Shown here: piece after piece, positions 24,006 through 39,054 of the stretch
Layout of the letters: each line of letters opens with the position of its first letter
Position numbering within the stretch: position 1 is the first letter of the stretch
NCBI GenBank assembly: GCA_964016885.1
Contig: OZ024765.1
Coordinates: 12,090,001-12,154,000 of the forward strand
Direction: 5' to 3'
Source of the DNA: Eledone cirrhosa
Lineage: Eukaryota
Length of the DNA: 64,000 nt
Notes under the pieces: model-generated
What the model was told of the DNA's origin: nothing
The model's database searches: none
What the model saw: only the letters and a program-made list of their open reading frames with translations
Position numbers and translations under genes: made by a program

Positions 24006-24811
24006 GCTGGTTTTCAGATAAATATAAACCCTTTAACCATTTCATTACAATATTTCTAATTAAATAGACTACCAATGGCTTTTGAATAGTCTTTTTAATT
24101 TTGAGAATTTTAATAATATATCTATATTTATTATTAAGCTGGTTTTTAGATAATACTAGCAGAATGGTCAGGTGTTGCTCAGGATTTGCTCTAGGGTTCT
24201 TATATATATGATATATATTTATCCTTATCGAGCCTCATGAAATAAATGCATTTGTTTATATTTTGTTATTGTGTATGCAAAAATATCCGTACACGAATAT
24301 ATAATTATATATATATATAACAGTACAGAGAAATACAGAATTCCTCGGCCTCGGGATGGTGTCTACATTTTGTGCTTATAAAACAAATTTGTGTCCTTTT
24401 TTTCAAGATTTGAGGGTGATTGGGCTGCTTTTTCTAGCAGATTGTGTAACCACATACAATGTACCAAACACTACATTATCCAATGTGTCCTCTTTTTTTT
24501 TGAGATTTGAGGGAGATTTGCCTGCTTTTTCTAGCAGATTGTGTAACCACATACAGTCTCTAAAACATTAATTTATCTAATGCTTCCTTTCTTTCTAGAT
24601 TTGAGTGTGATTTGGCTGCTATTTCTAGCACATTCACTGAATGTGTAGAAGCTCCAACGTTTGTTAGCTCGTAAAATTGACATTTCATTTCAGGTGGTGA
24701 CACTAATCACCTTAATTAGTCTTAGTAGTGATCAGTTTATTAATTAACCTATATTAACAGTTTCACAAGTAATTTCATTAACTGTGATGTAACTAGTCTG
24801 TTCAGGTGTCA

Positions 24812-25700
24812 GTGTTGTTGTTGTTGTTGTTATTGTTATTGTAGTGGTGGTGATGGGGTGGTGAGTTAGTTATTGGTGATAATGTTGTTATTGTTATAGT
24901 GGTGGTGGCTGTGGTAGTAGTGGTGGTGGTTGTGATAGTAGTGGTGGTGGCTGTGGGGGGAGGGTAGTCATGGTTTGTATTGTTGTGGTGGTGGTGGTGG
25001 TGGTGGTGATAATGTTGTTGTTGTTATAGTGGTGGTGGGGAGGTAGTAGTAGTCGTGGTTTGTATTGTTGTGGTGGTGGTGGTGGTGATAATGTTGTTAT
25101 TGTTGTAGTGGTGGTGGTGGGGAGGTAGTAGTAGTAGTAGTCGTGGTTTGTATTGTTGTGGTGGTGGTGGTGGTGATAATGTTGTTATTGTTGTAGTGGT
25201 GGTGGTGGGGAGGTAGTAGTAGTAGTAGTAGTCGTGGTTTGTATTGTTGTGGTGGTGGTGGTGGTGATAATGTTGTTGTTGTTGTAGTGGTGGTGGTGGG
25301 GAGGTAGTAGTAGTAGTAGTCGTGGTTTGTATTGTTGTGGTGGTGGTGGTGGTGGTGATAATGTTGTTATTGTTGTAGTAGTGGTGGTGGTGGGGAGGTA
25401 GTAGTAGTAGTAGTCGTGGTTTGTATTGTGGTGGTGGTGGTGGTGGTGGTGATAATGTTGTTGTTGTAGTAGTGGTGGTGGTGGGGAGGTAGTAGTAGTA
25501 GTAGTCGTGGTTTGTATTGTTGTGGTGGTGTTGTTGTTGTTGTTGGTGGTGGTGGCGGTGGTGGTGATGGTTGTAGTGATGGTTGCAGCGGTGGTAGGAG
25601 TTGTGGTAGAGGTGGTGGTGGTGGTTGTAGCGGTGGTGGTTGTGCTGGTGGTAGTAGTGGTGGTGGTAATGGTGGTTGTGACTGTGGTGATAATGGTGGT
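24812..25700. repeat. (GGT/GTT/AGT) compound minisatellite, ~60-70 bp period
   Basis: Recurring gtcgtggtttgtattgtt(gtg)n ataatgttg..ggggaggtagtagt. Confidence 0.9.
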
Positions 25701-25772
25701 ATTAAATATTGTATATACTGTACAATGTATTGAGTACTTTACTTACTGTAGTTACCCCTGATTTAACCCAGG

Positions 25773-25830
<58 letters not shown>

Positions 25831-26404
25831 ACAAAGAGGGTATGATAAGATACCAGGTGGACCATAACGCAACAGAGTACTCAATACTTTGGGTAGGAGA
25901 GTGGGTAATAGGAAAAGAGTCAGGACCCCGACGGCTGAGCTCCGGCCGTTTCAACAGCTAGATCCGAACTCAGCCGTTGGGGGATCCTGACTCTGTTCAT
26001 ATATATGTGTGTGTGTGTGTGTGTGTGCGTGCGTGTGTGTGTGTGTGCGTGCGTGTGTGGGGGGATGTTTGTGTGTGTGCGTGCGTGTGTGTGCGTGCGT
26101 GCGTGTGTGTGTGCGCGTGTGTGTGTGTGTGTGTGCGTGTGTGCGTGCGTGTGTGTGCGTGTGTGCGTGTGTGTGTGTGTGTGTGTGCGTGTGCGTGTGT
26201 GTGCGTGTGTGTGTGCGTGTGTGCGCGTGTGTGTGTGTGTGTGTGTGTGTCTGTGTACACCAAATATTGTAAAGTGAAATGACAGTTTAACAAATGTTTA
26301 TTCAAATAACACATGTTTTGCTCACAGAATGGCTGAAGACCATAGGGAATAAGATAATTTATTTCATATAAAAATGAGGAAACTCAATTCTAGAACAGCC
26401 ATTA

Positions 26405-28342
26405 AAACAGCTAAATAGGCAAAAATGCCTCAATGGACAGAGACCAACGGTCAGTGGTCAACAGAGAGAGACAAACCACAAGGTGGGTGACAGGCAGATG
26501 AAATATAGAAAAGATTGAAAGAAGAGGCCATGGAGAAGTGTGTTGGTGCACAGAAGTGACTGGAAGGAGAAAATAAAGAACAGCAGTGTACAAGACAAGT
26601 TTACACATTCACATCTCCACCATCATCAGCTCTCAAACCAGCAAAATGGTTTCACATGATTTAGTCACTTCTGTGCACCAGCACACTTCTCCATGGCCTC
26701 TTCTTCTTTCAATCATTTCTATATTTCATCTGCCTGTCACCCACCTTGTGGATTGTCTCTCTGTTGACCACTGGTCACTAGTCTCTGTCCTCTGAGACAT
26801 TATATATCATCTACCTGTCACCCACCTTGTGGATTGTCTCTCTGTTGACCACTGTTCACTAGTCTCTGTCCTCTGAGACATTATATATCATCTACCTGTC
26901 ACCCACCTTGTGGATTGTCTCTCTGTTGACCACTGGTCACTAGTCTCTGTCCTCTCAGACATTATATATCATCTGCCTGTCACCCACCTTGTGGATTGTC
27001 TCTCTGTTGACCACTGGTCACTGGTCTCTGTCCTCTCAGACATTATATATCATCTACCTGTCACCCACCTTGTGGATTGTCTCTCTGTTGACCACTGGTC
27101 ACTAGTCTCTGTCCTCTCAGACATTATATATCATCTGCCTGTCACCCACCTTGTGGATTGTCTCTCTGTTGACCACTGTTCACTAGTCTCTGTCCTCTCA
27201 GACATTATATATCATCTACCTGTCACCCACCTTGTGGATTGTCTCTCTGTTGACCACTGGTCACTGGTCTCTGTCCTCAGACATTATATATCATCTACCT
27301 GTCACCCACCTTGTGGATTGTCTCTCTGTTAACCACTGGCTGCTGGTCTCTGTCCTCAGACATTATATATCATCTACCTGTCACCCACCTTGTGGATTGT
27401 CTCTCTGTTGACCACTGGTCACTGGTCTCTGTCCTCTCAGACATTATATATCATCTGCCTGTCACCCACCTCATGGGTTGTCTCTCTGTTGACCACTGGT
27501 CACTGGTCTCTGTCTTCTGAGACATTATATATCATCTACCTGTCACCCACCTTGTGGATTGTCTCTCTGTTGACCACTGGTCACTAGTCTCTGTCCTCTC
27601 AGACATTATATATCATCTGCCTGTCACCCACCTTGTGGATTGTCTCTCTGTTGACCACTGTTCACTAGTCTCTGTCCTCTCAGACATTATATATCATCTA
27701 CCTGTCACCCACCTTGTGGATTGTCTCTCTGTTGACCACTGGTCACTGGTCTCTGTCCTCAGACATTATATATCATCTACCTGTCACCCACCTTGTGGAT
27801 TGTCTCTCTGTTAACCACTGGCTGCTGGTCTCTGTCCTCAGACATTATATATCATCTACCTGTCACCCACCTTGTGGATTGTCTCTCTGTTGACCACTGG
27901 CTGCTGGTCTCTGTCCTCTCAGACATTATATATCATCTGCCTGTCACCCACCTCATGGATTGTCTCTCTGTTGACCACTGGCTGCTGGTCTCTGTCCTCA
28001 GACATTATATATCATCTGCCTGTCACCCACCTTGTGGATTGTCTCTCTGTTGGCCACTGGTCTCTGTCCTCTGAGACATTATATATCATCTGCCTGTCAC
28101 CCACCTTGTGGATTGTCTCTCTGTTGACCACTGGCTGCTGGTCTCTGTCCTCAGACATTATATATCATCTACCTGTCACCCACCTTGTGGATTGTCTCTC
28201 TGTTAACCACTGGCTGCTGGTCTCTGTCCTCTCAGACATTATATATCATCTACCTGTCACCCACCTTGTGGATTGTCTCTCTGTTGACCACTGGCTGCTG
28301 GTCTCTGTCCTCTCAGGCATTTTTACCCATCTAGTTGTTTTC
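26405..28342. repeat. Inverted-repeat element whose right arm holds ~20 copies of a 79-81 bp minisatellite (26727-28315)
   Basis: Unit catct(a/g)cctgtcacccaccttgtggattgtctctctgttgaccactgg..tctctgtcctctcagacattatatat; 26405-26565 is the reverse complement of 26663-26790 plus 28316-28342. Confidence 0.9.
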
Positions 28343-28452
28343 ACGTATGTACTCAATCAAATACACTCTTGATTTGTCTTAGTCTATGACTTCTTTTATA
28401 CCATAAATGTGGTTTTGTCTTTGCGTGTAATTGTTTTTCACTGCTCCAAATA

Positions 28453-28635
28453 ATTGTTTCTGCTTTTGGCACAAGGCCAGCAATTACCCAGTGTATTATT
28501 GGTACTTTATTTTATAGACCCCGTAAGGATGAAAGGCAAAGTTAACCTCGGCGGGATTTGAACTCAGTCCATAAAGGGACGTAACTGTGCTGCAAAACAT
28601 GGCGTCCGATCCTCTACCGATACTGCCAATCCAAA
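28453..28635 (-). mobile_element. tRNA-derived SINE (family A)
   Basis: Full reverse-complement copy, interrupting a copy of the 21918-type element. Confidence 0.85.
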
Positions 28636-29164
28636 ATAATGACGTATTATATTCGTTTTTTCCCGTTCTTTGCCAGGGAACGTTTCCACGAACCAAAGTA
28701 TCGTCTTCCTCCGGTTGCAACGGTTTTTAAAATATTCACTTCTGCGTTCACAGATTGACTTTGTTAGTTTCAGAAGATCCCGTTAAGGGAGAAAGAAGCG
28801 ATTCTTTGCTTAAACTTTAATCTGTTATTTTAATAAATATTTGCTCTGCGGTTCTTATATATCTGATATATATTTATCCTTATCGAGCCCTCTTTGGATT
28901 TTAGTCTTCAAATTTATTATTATTACTATATATATACATATATATATATACATATATATATATATACATACGTATATATATACATACGTATATATATATA
29001 TATATATATACATACATATGTATATATATATATACATATATATAGTATAACCAGGAGTATATTAATATCTCTAATATCTCCAGTCATGTATAACTTAATA
29101 TCTTTCTGATTCAATATTTTTCATCTTGGAACTTTCCTTCAACTTTCTAATATATATATAAAAA

Positions 29165-29214
<50 letters not shown>

Positions 29215-29293
29215 TATAGATAGATAAATAGATAGATAAAATAAATATTGAGCAATATTTCTATAGCTTTAGGTTTCATATAATCTTGTCTAG

Positions 29294-29346
<53 letters not shown>

Positions 29347-29347
29347 C

Positions 29348-29410
<63 letters not shown>

Positions 29411-29433
29411 TATATACATATATATATATATAA

Positions 29434-29464
<31 letters not shown>

Positions 29465-29607
29465 AATATATATAAATATATATACATATATATACATATA
29501 TATATATGTGTGTGTGTTTGATATATCAATCAATAATTCTATAGCTTTAGGTCTTTTCATTTCATGTCTAGCTTTATAAACACCAATAGCTTTCATCAGT
29601 ACTGCTG

Positions 29608-31140
29608 TCACCACCACCACCACCACCACCACCATATCCACCACCACCACCACCACCACCATATCCACCACCACCACCACCACCACCACCATATCCACCA
29701 CCACCACCACCACCACCATATCCACCACCACCACCACCACCATATCCACCACCACTACCACCACATCCACCATATCCATCACCACCACCACCACCACCAG
29801 ATCCATCACCACCACCACCACCACCATATCCATCACCACCACCACCACCACCACCATATCCACCACCACTACCACCACATCCACCATATCCATCACCACC
29901 ACCACCACCACCAGATCCATCACCACCACCACCACCACCATATCCATCACCACCACCACCACCACCATATCCATCACCACCACCACCACCACCATATCCA
30001 TCACCACCACCACCACCACCAGATCCATCACCACCACCACCACCACCATATCCATCACCACCACCACCACCACCATATCCATCACCACCATATCCATCAC
30101 CACCACCACCACCACCACCACCATATCCATCACCACCACCACCACCACCAGATCCATCACCACCACCACCACCACCATATCCATCACCACCACCACCACC
30201 ACCACCACCATATCCATCACCACCATATCCATCACCACCACCACCACCACCACCACCATATCCACCACCACCACCACCACCATCACCATCACCACCACCA
30301 TATCCATCACCACCACCACCACCATATCCATCACCACCACCACCACCACCACCATATCCATCACCTCCACCACTAGATCCATCACCACCACCACCACCAC
30401 CATATCCATCACCACCACCACCACCACCACCATATCCATCACCTCCACCACTAGATCCATCACCACCACCACCACCATATCCATCACCACCACCACCACC
30501 ACCACTATATCCACCACCACCACCACCACCATCACCATCACCATCACCACCACCATATCCATCACCACCACCACCACCATATCCATCACCACCACCACCA
30601 CCATCATCATCATCAGCATATTCACCATCATCATCATTGTCATCCTTATCATCATCACCACCACCATCATCATCAACATATAACATCATCATATCCATCA
30701 CCATCATTATCATCATCATTGTCATCAACATCATCATCCCTACTTTGCTGTCACTATAATTATCATTGACATTCTATATTGTATCATCATCATCATCACC
30801 ACCTCCATTGTTATCATCGTATCCATCACCATCACCATCATCATCATCATTGTCTTCCCCATCACCATCATCAACATCATCATCCCTACATTGCTGTCAC
30901 TATAATTTTCATTGACATTCTATATTGTATCATCATCATCATCATCATCACCATCACCACCACCTCCGTTGTTATCATCTGTTTCTTCAACACCATCACC
31001 ATCACCATCATCGTCATTGCCATCATCAACCTCAATACTCTCATCATCATCATCATCATCATCATCATTATTATCACTGTCTTCACCATCATCATCATCA
31101 TCAGCAGCACCCACGTTGTTCATTGTCTTCATCAACATCA
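29608..31140. repeat. (CAC)n/(CAT)n compound repeat with catatccat spacers
   Basis: CAC runs separated by catatc(cat)/cagatccat, grading into (CAT)n. Confidence 0.9.
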
Positions 31141-31159
31141 ACATTTCTGTGTGAGTTGT

Positions 31160-31488
31160 AGGGCAGAGTCCTCAAGCACACTTTCCTATCAGAAGCAACT
31201 GTCTCCAATTAACCTGGCTGGATCCCCAAAATGAGTCCAGCTTTGGTCATGGATATTAACTGACCATCTTACTTGGGGTCTACCAGTGGGTCTCTTGCCA
31301 GTTGGTTTTGTCCGTAAAATCTGTCCAGCAATTTTTTTCCTTAGACATTCTAACTACATGTCTGTAGCATCTGAGCTATGATCTCTCAATTTGAAAAAGT
31401 AGTGTCTCTACCTGGAGTGAGCCTCTGATCCACGAGCTATTGACTCTGGCAAGTAATGTTACTCCAAAGACCTTTCGGAGGAACCCCA
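31160..31488 (-). mobile_element. RTE-clade LINE 3' fragment
   Basis: Minus translation FLRKVFGVTLL..QIERS*LRCYRHVVRM..TGKRPTGRPQVRW. Confidence 0.75.
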
Positions 31489-31489
31489 T

Positions 31490-31724
31490 TTAACCCTTTA
31501 ATGTTCAAACCGGCCAAAACCGGCCAGAATTCTCTACCTCTTTCTCTTGAAACTGGCTGTAACTGGTCGCTCAAACTGATGTTAAGGTATTGTTCTCAAA
31601 ATAAATACTTTCAAAATCTTATAGATTCGATATTATGTGAGGTAATTATGCGAAGTAAAGCCTTTACCACAAAAATATAATATATATATGTATATATAGA
31701 GTAATGTGAATGCTAAAGGGTTAA
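31490..31724 (-). mobile_element. TTAA-flanked MITE
   Basis: Reverse complement of 23778-24005, TTAA at both ends. Confidence 0.8.
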
Positions 31725-32494
31725 GCTGCTTGTATATGTGATCGTATTCATGTCTCTTAACATAACTAGCAGAAAAACCACCCTTCGGATGGTTTTCTGC
31801 TAGCATGTGTAGTGTGTATATTGATATTATACACAAATATATATATGCATGTAGATATGATACATCAAATAACATCGTAATTGAGAATATATACAGAAAT
31901 TGGAGAGAGGCTGTGTTACACTCTCTTCTGTAATCAGTAAAGTAATCCATGATAATTTAAAAAAGACGATATTATATATAAACTGTATTACAACAAAATT
32001 TTATGAAAACGAAAAAGAAGAAAATTAGCAACAGAAATATAAACCTTATATAACAATGAAAATATATGAATGTTTACATAAGTGATATAATAAATGTTAT
32101 AATATAACGGACGCTAACTAAAAAAAGTGAATCTTAAAATAAGCAATCATTTATATAAGAATATTTATGTTTAATCAATAGCTACGAAATTTAGTAGATA
32201 AATTATGTAATATTCATTCACTATTTATTCAAAGTAATCTAACTTATTTTACTAACGGGATAAAAAAATATATTCAGGACACAGTCCCGCACTCCTTATT
32301 TTATTATAGTTATGATTCACAGGAGTAATCAGCATGACTCAGTGTGTGACAAGTTTAGGGAACTACACCTTCTATTGATAACAAAAGCTTTCTCCGACTG
32401 TATAAAAATTCAGCTGAATGATGCCTGTGTGCAATGGTTCTGAAACATGGGCAGTGACTGTAGACGATATGCACGGGCTGGAGAGAAATGAAGC

Positions 32495-33860
32495 AAGACG
32501 AAATCCAAGCAGTTAATGTTGGAACTCGAAAAATACTAAACAACACCGGAAACTTCCCCATCAACAGTGACATAGACCACCTTTGCTTGAAACGTAAGCA
32601 GGGAGGCAGAGACCTAACATCAGTCCAGACAGCATTTGAATGTCACATCATATCCCTCCGACAACATCTACGAACCTCGAAGCGTAGGAGCCAGTCTCTC
32701 GAGCAAGTCTATCTGCATGAAACAGATAAGATCATGAGAGTTGGGAAGGAACTCCTCGAGAGATATTCCCTATGTGATAATCAAAAACTCACACCCCAGG
32801 AAGTCACTCAGCAGTATCGCAGTGAATCCATGGATGAAAAACTGCAATGCTTATCAGCAAAAAATCATACATGGATATGTTGCCAGGAAGTAGTCTATCT
32901 TAGACCAACAACCGCTATATTGGCTCCCACTTTGAAGGATACGCTTTTGCAATCCAAGAACAGGAAATTAACACGAAATACCTGATTCACAAAAGAGATA
33001 GGGATGCAGGCAAAACACCTAGATGTGATAACAAGTGCAGACTCTGCAGAATTAACATCGAAGATGTCACCCATGTCATCATGGGCTGTCCAAAGATGTC
33101 ATCGCAGTACTATCTACCTATGAGGCATGATGTAGTGGCCAAAGCACTGTACAATGCAGTTTGTAAAAAAGATAGCCCCGATAATAAACACATTAAAAGC
33201 TACAGTAATGTGGAAGACATCCATGTACATAATATGAAAGAGTACTGGTGGAATGTTCCAGTAAAAACCCCAATAAAATGCAGGCATAACAGACCAGATA
33301 TTATGATATGGGACAGGGAGAAGAAAGCATGCACAGTAGTGGAAATTAGCTGCCCAGCTGATGCCAATATAATATCAAAGATTAGTGAAAAGGAGAATAT
33401 TTATGCAGAACTGATGAGAAATCTGCAGATACTCCACACTGATTATACCTTCAGATTTATACCTGTGATTATCGGGGCACTGGGGTATGTTAGTAACTGC
33501 CTCAATACAAATCTTGAGAAGCTGGGCTTCACAGGAACAGAAAGAACACAACTAGTTAGGAAATTACAAGTACAATCCATTAATGGAACAGTGAAAATAT
33601 GTAAAACTTTCCAAAAATTTTGCATCTAATAACTGCATAAACACATGTACAGATACAAAGCATATACACATGCACACATACAACTCAAAACATACACATC
33701 CACACATACAATAACATCCATGCCTGCACACACATGCATGCAGACATACATATCTACCTAGTTGATGATGTGTAAATTCCAATGAGAGAGTCTTGTGTCT
33801 ATGTTAGAAACCGACTCTCTCTCTATTGGTAAAAATTTGTGAAATTATAAAACGAGAAGA
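32495..33860 (+). mobile_element. R4/Dong-like non-LTR retrotransposon, 5'-truncated and frameshifted
   Basis: LCLKRKQGGRDL (post-RT), CRLC..EDVTHVIMGC zinc knuckle, RHD, NRPDIMIWD..VVEISCP..K (restriction-like endonuclease), stop at 33629, 3' UTR followed by an (ACAT)n tract. Confidence 0.85.
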
Positions 33861-35186
33861 ACATACATACATACATACAGACACACATACATACATACAT
33901 ACACACATACATACACACATACACACACACACACACACACACATACATACATACATACATACATGCATACATACATTCATACACACATACATACATACAT
34001 TCATACACACACACATACATACATACATACATTCATACATACATACATACATTCATACACACACACACATACATACATTCATACATACATTCATACACAC
34101 ACACACACATACATTCATACATACATTCATACACACACGCACACATACATACATTCATACACACACATACATACATTCATACATACATACATACATTCAT
34201 ACATACATACATACATACATTCATACACACATACATTCACACACACACACACATACATACATTCATACATACACACATACATACATTCACACATACATGC
34301 ACACATACATGCATTCAAACATACATACATACACACATACATATATTACATACATATATACATACATATATTACATACATATATTACATACACACTCAAA
34401 GTGAAAGAGGAAGTGATAAAGTAACATGTATGCAAGCATATGTAGACACACACACAAGTATGTGTATGTATGTGAGTATATATAAATATATAAATATATA
34501 TATATATATATGTGTGTGTGTAGAGAGAGAGAGAGAGAGAAAGTCAATTAACTGACAACTGACACCTACATATGTCTACAACATTTCCCATGTGTATAGT
34601 CCTATTGACCCTGTATCAGCTGATACAACACATATACATACAGACAGATATATATATATATATAAATATATACATATATACATACATCTATATACATGCA
34701 TATATACATACCGACAGATATATATATATATATATAAATATAGACATATATACATACATATATATACATGCATATATACATACCGACAGATATATATATA
34801 TATATACATACATATATATATAGACAGATATATATACATGCATATATACATACTGACAGATATATATATACATACATATATATATAGACAGATATATATA
34901 CATGCATATATACATACAGACAGATATATATATATACATATATACATACAGACACAGACACACATACACATGTACATAAATGCATAAATATATATATATA
35001 ATATATATATATACATTATATATATATATATATATGTTTTACTTTCATAATTCTTCGGCTCTGTTTAATTACATTGAGCTATTCCTTTTACTGTCATTTC
35101 TATAATACGAAGAGGGTGTTTAACTCCAACACGCTCCAGTATTTTAATCCTTATATATATATACATTTTATATATATATATATATA

Positions 35187-35453
35187 GAAGAAGAAGTTTA
35201 TGAAACGGAAATGCGGGTATAAAGAATTTATTAGGTAACAATTGTTTCTATAGTGTATGGGTTACCTATACCTCGCTATTTGTATAATATAAAAATATTA
35301 TCATAAATCGTAGGTACACAGTGTACCTACGATTTATGATAATATTTTTATATTATACAAATAGCGAGGTATAGGTAACCCATACACTATAGAAACAATT
35401 GTTACCTAATAAATTCTTTATACCCGCATTTCCGTTTCATAAACTTCTTCTTC
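35187..35453. repeat. Perfect palindrome, 133-bp arms, 1-nt loop at 35320
   Basis: gaagaagaagtttatgaaacgg...taggtacac|a|gtgtaccta...ccgtttcataaacttcttcttc. Confidence 0.95.
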
Positions 35454-36203
35454 ATATTTTCTCCGGATTTTAAAACACACTTTATTATATGTTGAGCAAT
35501 CTCCGACGTCGGTTGACTCCATCCAATGCGACTACTTAGTAACATTGGAATACAGATTTATTAATTCTATATATTCATCGTCATCATCATCAAGGTTTAG
35601 CGTCCGTGTTCCACGCTTGCATGGGTTTGGACGGGGGTTTTCCCACTTGAGGCAAGAGTGGTTGTCTTGCTCGCATAGGACTGTCTGGCGGGTTTTCTAC
35701 AGCTGGATGCCCTTCCTAACGCCAACCACATTTACAGTGTGGGGCTGGGAGGTTTTGACCGTGTTGCCTACACGGCCACATTACAGCATGGACTGTCTGG
35801 CGGGTTTTCTACAGCTGGATGCCCTTCCTAACACCAACCACATTTACAGTGTGGGGCTGGGAGGTTTTTACCGTGTTGTCTACACGGCCACATTTACAGT
35901 GTGGACTGTGTGTTTTTTTGTCGTGACACCTACACGATCTCATTTGTTTCGGCCTGGATGTTGTGGCACCAACATAACTTTACATTGAAAGGGGCAGTGT
36001 GGATGGGGTGGGGGTGGTGGGACAGAGGTGTGTTTTGATAGAGATGCCTACTGACTGTAGTAGGTTTTACTTTGTATATATATATATATACATACAAATG
36101 GAAGTTTAGTAAAGTCGAAGTTTTGGCTGTGGCCAAGCTAACGATATACAATCAGGAATGTGCAGCAAAGCACTCAATAAGGTTGTGTCACCTTAGAGTA
36201 ATA

Positions 36204-36387
36204 ACTGTTTCTACTTTAGGCACAAGGTCAGCAATTACCCAGTTCATTACTGGTACTTTATTTTATCGACCCCATAAGGATGAAAGGCAAAGTCAACCTC
36301 GGCGGGATTTGAACTCAGATCGTAAAGGGAAGTAACTGTGCTGGAAAGCATGGCGTCCGACCCTCTACAGATACTGCCAATCCACCG
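36204..36387 (-). mobile_element. tRNA-derived SINE (family A)
   Basis: Reverse-complement full copy. Confidence 0.85.
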
Positions 36388-36519
36388 TAGAGTAATAACA
36401 TACGTTAGATAGATTGACAAATTGAAAAAATTGAAAACTGTGACAGGTAAGCCCAGCCACATGAAACCAAAGCAACGAAAGAAACCAATCAGGTCTTGAT
36501 AAACATATATATATATATC

Positions 36520-36863
36520 ATCATCATCATCATCATCATTTTACGTCCGCTTTTCCCTGCTTGCAAGGGTGGGACGGGAACTGATTCTGGCTTGATTTCT
36601 ACAGCTGGATGCCCTTCCTAACACCAACCTCATTTACAGTGAGTGCTGGGTGTCTTTTTTGCCGTGGCACCTCCACGACCACTTTGCAGTGGAATGATAG
36701 GGACCCCAGTCCCTATCATCTCATTTCTACAGCTGAGTAAACTGGAGCAATGTGTAATAAAGTGCCTTGCTCAAGGAAACAACACATCACCCGGTCTGAG
36801 AATTGAACTCACAACCTTTCGATTGCAAGCCCAATGCTCTAACCACTAAGTCATGTGCCTCCA
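36520..36863 (-). mobile_element. Composite SINE (family B)
   Basis: Reverse complement of 46928-47318. Confidence 0.9.
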
Positions 36864-37078
36864 TATATATATATATATATGTTAGGTAATTCTAAAGAAA
36901 AAGCAAAGGAAAAAAGGGTGCTCTATGTATAAAACAGAGCTATTTAATTAGAAAGTGAACAACACAAAATATAACTACTCCATTACCAAAGGTTTCTGGA
37001 TCCTAGACGATATTATTATACATCATGTCTCACTACCATGCAGCATTGCACATCTCACACAGGCATTATATATAATAG

Positions 37079-37265
37079 GGCGGTGGATTGGCAGTATCGA
37101 TTGAGGGTCTGACACCATGCTTTGCAGCAAAGAGTTACGGCGCTTTATGATCTGAGTTCAAATCCCGCCCAGGTTAACTTTGCCTTTCATCCTTACGGGT
37201 TCGATAAAATAAAGTACCAGTAATACACTGGGATAATTGCTGGCCTTGTGCCAAAAGTAGAAACA
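37079..37265 (+). mobile_element. tRNA-derived SINE (family A)
   Basis: ggcggtggattggcagtatcg..GAGTTCAAATCCC..core..aaagtagaaac. Confidence 0.85.
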
Positions 37266-37541
37266 AAAAAAAATTATATATATATACATCTAAATATTTG
37301 TGGTCCTTGGGTCATCCGGTCACTGGACGGGATGGTAAATAAGCCACAAGGTGTAAGTAAATATCCAGGTTCGAAATACATATATATATATATTTATTAA
37401 AATAACAGATTAAAGTTTAAGCAAAGAATCGCTGCTTTCACTCTTAACAGGATCTTCTTTGCTCTACGGTTCTTATATATCTGATATATATTTATCCTCA
37501 TCGAGCCCTCTTTGGATTTTACTCTTCAAATTTATTATTAT

Positions 37542-37614
<73 letters not shown>

Positions 37615-37871
37615 AGAGTTTAGATGAGTTGATAATACAACGATATAAAGGAAAAGAAGATTTCAAAGCTCTGTGATTTTATAGTTTACATCAAGATAGA
37701 CAAGAGACAGTTCAGAGATTAATCCAATCAGTAAATTTCCAAACACAGTTTAACAATATCACTGAGCATATATATATATGCTGATGAAGAAGGGTTTCTC
37801 CCTGCGTATGAAAGGCCGGTTATATGATGCCTGTGTGAGGAGCGCGATGCTGCATGGTAGTGAAAAATGAA

Positions 37872-37903
<32 letters not shown>

Positions 37904-38442
37904 ATATATTAAAATAACAGATTAAAGTTTAAGCAAAATCTGTTATTTTAATAATATATATATATATATATATAGTAATAATAATAAATTTGAAGACTAA
38001 AATCCAAAGAGGGCTCGATAAGGTGAAAGCAGCGATTCTTTGCTTAAACTTTAATCTGTTATTTTAATAAATATATATATATATATCAGATTGGGTATGG
38101 TAAAAACCAGCAACACCATAACACACCAGAGTACTCGATACTGGGGGTAGTAGAGACAATATACTGTCAAACTAACACATCTTCATAATGGAACCTTAGA
38201 TAAAAACTCTTTCTTAAGAAAATTCTAAGATTCCTGAGTTTATAATCTCATATCCTTGGGATGGCTCTCTCTCAGTTGAAACATTTTAGTTTGACAGCAT
38301 ATCGACTCTTTGGTGTTTATTATTCTTTAAAATACCAGTAATACACTGGGTTAATTACTGGCCTTGTGCCAAAAGTAGAAACAATTATTCTTTATATATG
38401 AGCTCTGCAGGAACCTTATTGCATTGAACTTTAAACATATAT

Positions 38443-38503
<61 letters not shown>

Positions 38504-39054
38504 CATACATATATATATACACACATACACACACACATATATATATATATATACATATATATATACATACACACACATATATATACACACATACACACAC
38601 ATATATATATATATATACATATATATATACATACACACACATATATATATATACATACATCTACACACATACACATATATATATATATTTATATATACAC
38701 ATTCACACGCACACATATATACACCTACACTACACACACACATATATATACACATACACACATATATATACATACACACAGATATATATATACACATACA
38801 CACATATATATATATATATATATATACACATACACACATATATATATATACACATACACACACACATATATATATATACACATACACACACACATATATA
38901 TATATATATACACATACACACACACATACACACACATATATATATATATACACATATGCACACATACACATATATATACATAAATACACACACACAGACA
39001 CGTGCACTCTTAATGAGTATCAATAAGAAATAGATATGTGACATAAAATAATCA

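Noticed and set aside
26727-28315. CRISPR-like array or 27-aa repeat protein
   Set aside because: No variable spacers; 79-bp units break the frame
29574-30737. GGGY-repeat or His-rich structural protein
   Set aside because: Resembles Gly/Tyr-rich structural proteins, but is explained by a (CAC)n compound repeat open in three frames with no credible start or splice context; not excluded without RNA data
37781-37865. CTGATGA...GAAA hammerhead
   Set aside because: No stems; it is RTE coding sequence (LMKKGFSLRMKGRLYDACVRSAMLHGSE)
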